Origin: a virus | Taxonomy: Duplodnaviria; Caudoviricetes | Direction: 5' to 3' (one strand) | Length of the DNA stretch: 49,322 bases | IMG/VR virus record: IMGVR_UViG_3300025673_000002 | Coordinates: 1 to 49,322 of that record | Shown: in pieces, positions 1 through 7,216 of the stretch | How positions within the stretch are numbered: position 1 is the stretch's first letter | Layout: the number at the start of each line of letters is the position of its first letter | Notes under the pieces: generated by a model | Told to the model about the DNA's origin: nothing | What the model saw: only the letters and a program-made list of their open reading frames with translations | Databases searched by the model: none | Program-made: the position numbers and the translations under genes

Positions 1-68
1 ATATGATATCCAAGACAGTAATGCGTAAGAAAGACTTTAAGTCCGATGATCCTAAACTGGAAGTATAA
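1..68 (+). CDS. 3' end of a phage hypothetical protein (partial)
   Basis: Frame reads ...MISKTVMRKKDFKSDDPKLEV* to TAA at 66-68, which overlaps the next ATG (TAATG). Confidence 0.5.
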   Translation, partial: MISKTVMRKKDFKSDDPKLEV

Positions 69-241
69 TGGAATCATTTAGCATAGCACCTCTAAGCGTA
101 GTCCTCATAGGAATTCTGTTTGTTGTCTTTGGAATTCCTAATATAGAACAATATCCAATTCTTATACTGTTGATGCCACTAAGTATGTTATTATATGTTA
201 CTGGACTAGCAGTATATTTTACAAAAAAGGATAGTGCATGA
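68..241 (+). CDS. small membrane protein, 57 aa, two hydrophobic segments
   Basis: Manual translation MESFSIAPLSVVLIGILFVVFGIPNIEQYPILILLMPLSMLLYVTGLAVYFTKKDSA; coupled by TAATG and ATGA overlaps; below the ORF-track cutoff. Confidence 0.65.
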   Translation: MESFSIAPLSVVLIGILFVVFGIPNIEQYPILILLMPLSMLLYVTGLAVYFTKKDSA

Positions 242-1158
242 AAGCGTTCAAAGAGTTCAACGAATCACAAGAATACCTTGAGGAGAAATTACTTCTTATT
301 AACAACGGTAAGAAGTATGGTCAAATAGTATTCCTCGCTGGTGGTGCAGGAAGTGGTAAAGGATTCGCATCAACTAACTTCATGGAGAAAGAGAAGTTTA
401 AAGTTCGTGATGTAGACGAATGGAAAACTGCATTCATGAAGATAGGTGCTCTCAAAAATAAGTACCCGGAGATTAAAGGGCTTAATCTAAAGAAACCTGC
501 GGACGTAACTAAACTCCATGCCTTCATAGAAAAACTTGGTATCAAAGATAATACAATGAATGCTCTATTATCTGGTATGAAAAATAAGAAAATTCTTCCA
601 AATATTATGTTTGATATTACAGCAAAGAATATCAATTCAATACATAAGTTAATGCCAGACCTATTAAGAGCTGGTTATAATCCTGCTAATATTCACATGG
701 TATGGGTTCTTACTGATTATCAACTTGCTGTTACCAATAATAGAACTAGACCCAGAATTGTGCAGGATGATATTCTATTTCAAACTCATACTGGTGCTGC
801 TAATACTATGTTTGATCTTATTAAGAATAAGGGTAAGAAATTAGCTATTAATGGTGAAATCAAAGTTATTCTTAATAATTTAGAAAATACAATTCACTGG
901 AAAGATGATGATGCCGGGGTTTCCCCGGAGAATAGAACCTTCGGTAAATATATTAAAAGTAAGGATGGTGAGAAGCTGGGGGTTATTAAAGACTTCACTT
1001 ACATCACTATCAAACAGCGTGGTAAACCTAATAAGACCCCAGATCAGATTATGCAACAGCTATATCAATGGATTGTTAATAATATTCCGGAATCAGAACT
1101 TCAAAAGGAACTTGAGGATAGAACTGATACCGAACCAAAAGTTCTGAGGAGACCATAA
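238..1158 (+). CDS. P-loop kinase/NTPase (zeta-toxin/AAA_33-like), possible head-internal protein
   Basis: Walker A FLAGGAGSGKG, DVD motif, IMFDIT, lid-like NNRTRPR; N-terminus MKAFKEFNE. Confidence 0.7.
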   Translation: MKAFKEFNESQEYLEEKLLLINNGKKYGQIVFLAGGAGSGKGFASTNFMEKEKFKVRDVDEWKTAFMKIGALKNKYPEIKGLNLKKPADVTKLHAFIEKLGIKDNTMNALLSGMKNKKILPNIMFDITAKNINSIHKLMPDLLRAGYNPANIHMVWVLTDYQLAVTNNRTRPRIVQDDILFQTHTGAANTMFDLIKNKGKKLAINGEIKVILNNLENTIHWKDDDAGVSPENRTFGKYIKSKDGEKLGVIKDFTYITIKQRGKPNKTPDQIMQQLYQWIVNNIPESELQKELEDRTDTEPKVLRRP

Positions 1159-1334
1159 TGAATAAAAAAGAAAGAACAGCACGTAAAGCCTGGATAAAGG
1201 AACAGGGTGGTCAAACTATGACATCCGAAGAATGGGCAAAAGTACAGGGAATGACTCATTCCGAATTCCAATCCCCCACTAAAATTAAAGAATTTTACAA
1301 TAAAGTAAAGAAGGATAACAATGAAAACCTATAA
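1158..1334 (+). CDS. hypothetical protein, 58 aa
   Basis: Manual translation MNKKERTARKAWIKEQGGQTMTSEEWAKVQG...; SD GAGGAG upstream; TAATG coupling. Confidence 0.6.
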   Translation: MNKKERTARKAWIKEQGGQTMTSEEWAKVQGMTHSEFQSPTKIKEFYNKVKKDNNENL

Positions 1335-1824
1335 AGATTTTATAACAGAAGAAAATTCCCCGCCGCCAGCCGCAAAAGAATTCTTTAAGAAAAAACTTAA
1401 GGATAGATTCTCAGAAAAGAAAATGACACATACTCTTCACGGCGATGAGACTTGGTGGAATCACGAAGGTACTACTCTGCAATTCAAAGAATCTGTTGAG
1501 TTAGAAGAAGCAAAAAAACTCAAAGCATCTGATATTGTTAAAATCCTAAAAAATCCAGAGGACTGGGGTCCAGATGGAAAGGATAAAGTATACACCAAAG
1601 GCAAAAACTTCGTATACATTGATTCATTTTATTTTACTGGGGATAAAGCTCTGGCGGATTTAGTTAAAGGCTGGTCCTCTGGTGGTAGTTATCACAAGTA
1701 CTTCCTCGATGAATATGGATGTAATCTTAAAATTGTAGATAAGTTTATTGAACCTAAAGCTGAAGGTAAACATAAAAAATTTACTAAAGATGGTGTTGTC
1801 GGAGTAGAGTTAGAGATTAATTAA
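1321..1824 (+). CDS. hypothetical protein, candidate capsid internal protein
   Basis: N-terminus MKTYKDFITE resembles the T4 internal-protein capsid-targeting sequence MKTYQEFIAE; SD AAGGA upstream. Confidence 0.6.
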   Translation: MKTYKDFITEENSPPPAAKEFFKKKLKDRFSEKKMTHTLHGDETWWNHEGTTLQFKESVELEEAKKLKASDIVKILKNPEDWGPDGKDKVYTKGKNFVYIDSFYFTGDKALADLVKGWSSGGSYHKYFLDEYGCNLKIVDKFIEPKAEGKHKKFTKDGVVGVELEIN

Positions 1825-1837
1825 AGTGTAAAAATAT

Positions 1838-1866
1838 TTTACATCTATACTATATTATGTTATAAT
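1838..1866 (+). promoter_or_regulatory. sigma70/T4-early-type promoter
   Basis: TTTACA-17 nt-TATAAT with TG extended -10, intergenic. Confidence 0.75.
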
Positions 1867-1896
1867 TATACTATATTCTAAACAACTGGAGTGAGA

Positions 1897-2301
1897 ATGA
1901 GTACAGAATGGGCAAATGATATTAATGCAATGCACGAACATTTCGGTGTTCATGATGTAGTTGATAAGTTCGATGAGGAAATGCTCGGGAAGTTTATTAA
2001 ATTCCGAGCAGGATGTGTTCAAGAAGAAGTGGGTGAATTTCAAGTAGCTCTAATGGAAAGAGATCCAGAGGAAATGGTAGATGCACTAATTGATGTATGT
2101 GTATTTGCCATTGGTACTCTCGATCTACTTGGTGTAGATGCAAATGCTGCTTGGGATTCAGTATATAAAGCTAACATGAATAAAAATGTTGGTATCAAAG
2201 AGGGTCGACCAAATCCGTTCGGATTGCCTGACCTAATCAAACCGGAGGACTGGACTCCTCCATCACACGAAGGGAATCACGGTAAATTTGATCAAATTTA
2301 A
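1897..2301 (+). CDS. MazG/HisE-like all-alpha NTP pyrophosphatase
   Basis: EEVGEF and EEMVDALID acidic helices, V..ANMNK, KPEDWTPP tail; ATG at 1897 follows SD GGAG. Confidence 0.8.
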   Translation: MSTEWANDINAMHEHFGVHDVVDKFDEEMLGKFIKFRAGCVQEEVGEFQVALMERDPEEMVDALIDVCVFAIGTLDLLGVDANAAWDSVYKANMNKNVGIKEGRPNPFGLPDLIKPEDWTPPSHEGNHGKFDQI

Positions 2302-2349
2302 TTGAGATAAATGAACTATAAATTAAATTAACTGAGAAGGAGTTATATT

Positions 2350-2886
2350 ATGTTTGATTCTATTTTCGCTGATGGTATTCTTCATGAATATATTGACGAC
2401 AATCGAAAAGATCCTTGGGAGGGCACTCCTTTTGAGGGTTATGTGTTTATATCTCCCAAACAAAAAGGTGAGTTTGGTGAGCGTTTTGTGTCTAAGTTCA
2501 TGACACTTACTGGATGTAATGTTAAGCGAGCAAAGACTTCTACTGCTGGTCATGATCGTGTAATTGATGATACCCTAACTGAGATCAAGTTTTCTCTCGC
2601 TACTCGTGATAAAAAGGGTGGGGTTTGTGTTGACAAGTTCATCATCAATCACGCCTCTGTTGGTAAAAATTGGGAGCGTCTTATCTTCTGTGGCATTAAC
2701 CCTAACGAGGAAGATGCTCGTATTGTGTTCTTCACTAAGGAAGACTTTGAATCACACCTGAAGAGCGATAAGTGCTATTTCAATGTGCAACAGGGTGGCA
2801 AGCCTGTCGGCAATGACGACTATATGTGTGCGAATGTTGATGATCTGATAGAATGTGACTTCGTGAAGGATATTGCTGAATGGTAA
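2350..2886 (+). CDS. putative PD-(D/E)XK restriction-type endonuclease
   Basis: KGEFGERF helix followed by GHDRVIDDTLTEIKFS (D...EIK catalytic pattern); SD AAGGAG. Confidence 0.6.
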   Translation: MFDSIFADGILHEYIDDNRKDPWEGTPFEGYVFISPKQKGEFGERFVSKFMTLTGCNVKRAKTSTAGHDRVIDDTLTEIKFSLATRDKKGGVCVDKFIINHASVGKNWERLIFCGINPNEEDARIVFFTKEDFESHLKSDKCYFNVQQGGKPVGNDDYMCANVDDLIECDFVKDIAEW

Positions 2887-2926
2887 TTAATACCGCAAAA
2901 TTAGAGGAAGTTGGAGGAGTAAAATA

Positions 2927-3127
2927 ATGAGTAAAAATGAAGAATATAATTTATATAAAGAAGCATCAGGAAAAACCAAAGTTCTGATTGAACATCCTGG
3001 TAAATTCCAAAACTGGTGTATAAAAAAATGGGGTGGTTCATATCATGAAGATGAAAGTGCTATGAAACACCTATATAATTCCTATGGTAAAGAACAGTTA
3101 ATAGCTAAGGGTATTATTAATGGATGA
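2927..3127 (+). CDS. hypothetical protein, 66 aa
   Basis: Strong SD GGAGGAG; overlaps the next gene. Confidence 0.65.
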   Translation: MSKNEEYNLYKEASGKTKVLIEHPGKFQNWCIKKWGGSYHEDESAMKHLYNSYGKEQLIAKGIING

Positions 3128-3368
3128 TCATCTTAAAAAACAAAGAATTTATGATCACAATAAGGAGGAAGAAATAACTAATACCTATTCCGGATATACA
3201 GCAAGGAGCGGTATGATTGGGATAAAAATTAAAGACCCTGATAGATTTAAGGCCTCTATAATTAATAAGTTTGGTAATGGATGGGAGAAAAAACTCTTGG
3301 GAAATAAACAATGGGTCCGTCATTATACCCATGAACAACTCTATAGGATAGTGAGAGGTCTTTATTAA
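3120..3368 (+). CDS. hypothetical protein, 82 aa
   Basis: Co-oriented and coupled between 2927-3127 and the methyltransferase. Confidence 0.6.
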   Translation: MDDHLKKQRIYDHNKEEEITNTYSGYTARSGMIGIKIKDPDRFKASIINKFGNGWEKKLLGNKQWVRHYTHEQLYRIVRGLY

Positions 3369-3369
3369 T

Positions 3370-4281
3370 ATGGCGAAATTCAATACTTTTAAAAATGTAG
3401 GTGCAAGGGATATAATGTACCACAGGGAAAGTATACCGGATGATTATCATTGTTCCTGTGAGTATTGCCGTACTAACTTTCTAGGGGAAATATTTCATAC
3501 CCCCACGGGAAGATATTACACGCAATCTTCCAGGAATAAGTATTATTATCCCTTCTTAAAACCTAAAGGGGGACACACTAAACATATTTGTCCCGGTCAT
3601 TGGTCTGGTTATAGATGGGCAATTCAGAATTTGACTGAGGAAGGGGATTCTATATTTGATCCTACTTGTGGTACAGGATCTGCAATTGTAGAAGCTATAA
3701 ATTCTGGTAGAAATGGGGTTGGTATAGAATTAGAATTTCCTCATGTAACAAAGACCTCTGTCCAAACTCAATATGATAGGGGTACTGCTACAGGTAAAGG
3801 AGAAGTTATAGAAGGTGATGCCCGTAATCAAATTAAATTATTAGAGGAGAAAGGTTACGAAGGGGAATGTTTTGATCTCATTCTCACAGGTTCACCTTAC
3901 CCAGCTTTGGGTGGTAAACAATCTGATGCACCGGAAAGACTTGATGGTATAATTGAATATCAAAAAACCGAAAATGTAGGAGTACTTAGAGATAAACCTT
4001 ATTGGGATTTAATCAATGATATCTATGTGAAGTCAATATCTAAATTAAAAGTTGGAGGTAAATTTGTAACCATAATAAAGGATCCAACCCAGAATAAATC
4101 GGCTTATCTTCTTCATAAAATGATTACCGATATAGTTATAGCCAATAATCCAGTAAAATACCACGGTTCGTTTATTCATAGGCATTTGCCCTACACAATC
4201 TTCATGAATACTTATCCTAAGCAATACCCAGAAGTTAAACTACCTTTATTTCAAACTGGTATAATATTAGAGAAAATTTAG
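3370..4281 (+). CDS. SAM-dependent DNA amino-methyltransferase-like protein (N4C/N6A family)
   Basis: Motif I IFDPTCGTGS, GIELE, EGDAR, motif IV-like DLILTGSPY, LKVGGKF; N-terminal CSCEYC. Confidence 0.75.
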   Translation: MAKFNTFKNVGARDIMYHRESIPDDYHCSCEYCRTNFLGEIFHTPTGRYYTQSSRNKYYYPFLKPKGGHTKHICPGHWSGYRWAIQNLTEEGDSIFDPTCGTGSAIVEAINSGRNGVGIELEFPHVTKTSVQTQYDRGTATGKGEVIEGDARNQIKLLEEKGYEGECFDLILTGSPYPALGGKQSDAPERLDGIIEYQKTENVGVLRDKPYWDLINDIYVKSISKLKVGGKFVTIIKDPTQNKSAYLLHKMITDIVIANNPVKYHGSFIHRHLPYTIFMNTYPKQYPEVKLPLFQTGIILEKI

Positions 4282-4310
4282 TTTACAATTGAAAGATATC
4301 ATGATATAAT
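4282..4310 (+). promoter_or_regulatory. T4-early-type promoter for the Nmad1-TS-AsnB-deaminase operon
   Basis: (G)TTTACA-17 nt-TATAAT with TG extended -10. Confidence 0.75.
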
Positions 4311-4317
4311 GGATACT

Positions 4318-4674
4318 ATGAAAACACCAATAGATGTATTAGATGAAGCAAGAGAAATTCAAATAAAAAAGGGTAATGATTATCAAAACCCTAATTCCAA
4401 TATAAGACAAAGTGATTACTATCCGCGAGGATGTTCAACCATCTTAGATATTATGACGGGTAAAATACTCAGAATGAGATCTGTTATAGAGGCAATGGAG
4501 AGTGATCCAAATTATAAACCCAATTTTGAATCCCTTGAGGATTCTGCTGTAGATCTAATTAATTATTCTTCCTTCTTTGCATCTTACATAAATTCCGGTA
4601 TTGATGGTCAAGATTCAGGAAGAGATTTTTTAAATAGGAAAATTGATGATGAAACTAAAAGAAGGACTCCATAA
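4318..4674 (+). CDS. DUF1599/Nmad1-like nucleotide-modification-associated protein (MazG-like fold)
   Basis: EIQIKKGNDY and ESLEDSAVDLINYS signature; start moved to 4318 because ATG 4309 lies inside the -10 box. Confidence 0.7.
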   Translation: MKTPIDVLDEAREIQIKKGNDYQNPNSNIRQSDYYPRGCSTILDIMTGKILRMRSVIEAMESDPNYKPNFESLEDSAVDLINYSSFFASYINSGIDGQDSGRDFLNRKIDDETKRRTP

Positions 4675-5371
4675 TTTAAGAAAGAAGTTAAATGATGAGG
4701 GATACGTAACAGAAACCGAGAGCTGGCAGGGTTCAAGCGATCATCCCCAATTTCTAGAAATTCTACATGCCGATTTTGTTGGGGATATGTATTCCGATCC
4801 CGGGGTAGCTTCAGATGAATTGGGAGCTACTCAACCTTGGGCAGATGTTCATTTCTCAGAAAGAGTTTCAGGAATACCGTGGAATCCTCCTCCCTCTCAT
4901 GTTATGTGGTTAAAGGATACAGAAAAATATCTTTCGGGAGATGAAGCATTTTCTCATTCATATCCAGAGAGAATGTGGTGTGATACAAAGAAAGATGGTA
5001 TTAGGTTTAAAATTGGTAACTTAAAAACAGCGGTAAAACTTCTCAAGAAAGATCCTACTACTCGCCAATGTTATATTCCAATTTGGTTTCCAGAAGATAT
5101 TACTGCTGCAGTACAAGGAGAAAGAGTCCCATGCACATTTGGTTGGCATTTCATGTTAAGAAATGGAAAATTACATTGTTCATATCACATGAGATCCTGT
5201 GATGCAATACGTCATTTACATAATGATCTCTACTTTGCTAATAGATTAGCTCTTTGGCTTATTAAAGAATGTAAACTGGGTGATGTAGTTCCTGGGCAAT
5301 TACATTTTTCCTCTACTTCGTTACATTGTTTTGTTGTTGATAAGTATGCTCTCGGGAAATTGGTGAAGTAA
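4646..5371 (+). CDS. thymidylate synthase/dCMP hydroxymethylase superfamily protein
   Basis: DPTTRQ, catalytic VPC, MRSCD, ND at the specificity position, SLH motif. Confidence 0.85.
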   Translation: MMKLKEGLHNLRKKLNDEGYVTETESWQGSSDHPQFLEILHADFVGDMYSDPGVASDELGATQPWADVHFSERVSGIPWNPPPSHVMWLKDTEKYLSGDEAFSHSYPERMWCDTKKDGIRFKIGNLKTAVKLLKKDPTTRQCYIPIWFPEDITAAVQGERVPCTFGWHFMLRNGKLHCSYHMRSCDAIRHLHNDLYFANRLALWLIKECKLGDVVPGQLHFSSTSLHCFVVDKYALGKLVK

Positions 5372-5372
5372 T

Positions 5373-6701
5373 ATGTGTGGGTTTATCGCTGGTAAAAATA
5401 TAGATAGAGATCTTCGTAAATCTATTGAAGAAATGAAATGGAGAGGACTTCCAGGGTTTGAGGGATATCTGAAATTCAAGAAATCTAAAATGTATTTAGG
5501 GGATCGGGAATTTCAGTTTGCTCATGTATCTTTACCTATGTCCAATTTAGATCTGGATAAAGCTATACAACCAGTGATGATTGGGGATAATCCAAACTTG
5601 TTTGTAGGGGAGATTTTCAATTACAAGTACTTTGGAGATTATGCTACAGACCAAGAAGCTTGCTCAGACTTATTTTGGAAAGAGGGATTAGATTTCTTTC
5701 ATAATTTTGATGGATTCTGGTCATTCATTTCTGTGATGGATGGTGAGATAATAGGGGTAACAGATTATCTTGCTCAAAAACCTATATATTATAGAGAAGA
5801 TATAGAAATACTTGCAAGTGAAATCGATGTTCTCAAGGACTTTGGTCCAGTAACTCCCAATAAATTATTTCTTTCCAATATGATGAAATGGGGATATGAT
5901 CCTCTAGGTAATACCCCATGGAACGAAATAAAAATGGTACCACCTGGTCATTATTACCATGGTGGGGAAATAAAGAAATATTGGGATTGGTCACGTATAA
6001 AACCCGGAAATCTAAGAGATGATCTTCTTAGAGCAGTTGATCTTCGATTAGGAGGAGAAAGAGATGTACCTATTCTTTTGAGCGGTGGATTAGATAGTTC
6101 CATAATCTACGGATTAATAAAAGAAAGCGGTAGAGATATAAAAGCTCTTCATGTAGAAAATGGTGAAGCTTCTTTTGCAGAGATGGTATGCAACGACCTA
6201 GTGAAGGTATCTCTCTCCGATGTAGGGGATAGGGAAGCTATTGAAATACACCAGAGTCCAGTTGATCTCGGGTCAGTTAAACCCCAAATTGCTATGGCTA
6301 GAAAATTAAGGGAATTAGGATTCTACACAGTTTTAACTGGAGACGGTGCAGATGAATTATTTGGGGGATACAGGAGAGCTAAGGAATATGATTCACAGCA
6401 TTCAGATGTCTTTTGTGAATTACCATATTACCATTTACCAAAACTTGATAGAACCATGATGCGAAGTACTATAGAGCTTCGTGCTCCCTTTCTAGCTCCT
6501 TCTATTATAGCCTACGCATTGAATCTACCTTGGAATGAAAGAAATGGTATTAAAAAAGTTTTAGTTGAAGCCTTCGGAGATATAGTTCCACAAAAGATAT
6601 TAGATAGAACTAAAAGACCTCTTAAGACAGAGGATATTCGAATGAATCCCTTAGAATCGAGAAAGAAAAATCTAGAAATATGGAGAGATATTAATGAGTG
6701 A
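5373..6701 (+). CDS. asparagine synthetase B-like protein (Ntn domain plus ATP pyrophosphatase ligase domain)
   Basis: N-terminal MCG, GEIFN, PP-loop LSGGLDSS, TGDGADELFGGY, DRTMMRSTIELRAPFL. Confidence 0.9.
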   Translation: MCGFIAGKNIDRDLRKSIEEMKWRGLPGFEGYLKFKKSKMYLGDREFQFAHVSLPMSNLDLDKAIQPVMIGDNPNLFVGEIFNYKYFGDYATDQEACSDLFWKEGLDFFHNFDGFWSFISVMDGEIIGVTDYLAQKPIYYREDIEILASEIDVLKDFGPVTPNKLFLSNMMKWGYDPLGNTPWNEIKMVPPGHYYHGGEIKKYWDWSRIKPGNLRDDLLRAVDLRLGGERDVPILLSGGLDSSIIYGLIKESGRDIKALHVENGEASFAEMVCNDLVKVSLSDVGDREAIEIHQSPVDLGSVKPQIAMARKLRELGFYTVLTGDGADELFGGYRRAKEYDSQHSDVFCELPYYHLPKLDRTMMRSTIELRAPFLAPSIIAYALNLPWNERNGIKKVLVEAFGDIVPQKILDRTKRPLKTEDIRMNPLESRKKNLEIWRDINE

Positions 6702-7149
6702 GAAATGGGATAAACGATATATAAATTTAGTTAAGGAGGTTGCAACATGGAGTAAAGATCCATCTTCCAAAATAGGATCAATTGTTGTTTCCTCCGGTGG
6801 ATCGGTATTAGCTCAGGGATATAATGGATTTCCCAGAGGTATAGAAGACAGAGAAGATAGATTGAATGATAGAAGTGTTAAATATGATTACATGGTTCAT
6901 GCTGAAATGAATAGCATATATAATGCTACATATAATGGAGTATGTCTAGTCGATTCGACGATCTATATATACGGTCTTCCGGTTTGTCACGAATGTGCTA
7001 AAGCTATTATTCAGGTTGGTATTTCGAGAGTGGTTTCCATAAGAACTAAGAAGTTATCCCCCAAATGGAAAGATAGCTGTACAATTGCTTTAGATTTATT
7101 CAAAGAAGCTGGAGTGGAAGTAGTAGAAAAGTTTACAACTAATGGTTAA
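6694..7149 (+). CDS. cd: dCMP deaminase
   Basis: SKDPS, GYNGFPRG, Zn motifs HAEMN and PVCHEC. Confidence 0.93.
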   Translation: MSEKWDKRYINLVKEVATWSKDPSSKIGSIVVSSGGSVLAQGYNGFPRGIEDREDRLNDRSVKYDYMVHAEMNSIYNATYNGVCLVDSTIYIYGLPVCHECAKAIIQVGISRVVSIRTKKLSPKWKDSCTIALDLFKEAGVEVVEKFTTNG

Positions 7150-7160
7150 TGATATATAAT
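7132..7160 (+). promoter_or_regulatory. T4-early-type promoter upstream of gene 32
   Basis: (G)TTTACA-17 nt-TATAAT. Confidence 0.7.
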
Positions 7161-7216
7161 ATGTATGTGATGAGCAACTATATAATAACACACAATAACA
7201 CATAATAGGAAATACA

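Noticed and set aside
238-1334. Zeta/epsilon toxin-antitoxin pair
   Set aside because: Only a generic P-loop kinase signature; the flanking small ORFs show no recognisable antitoxin features.
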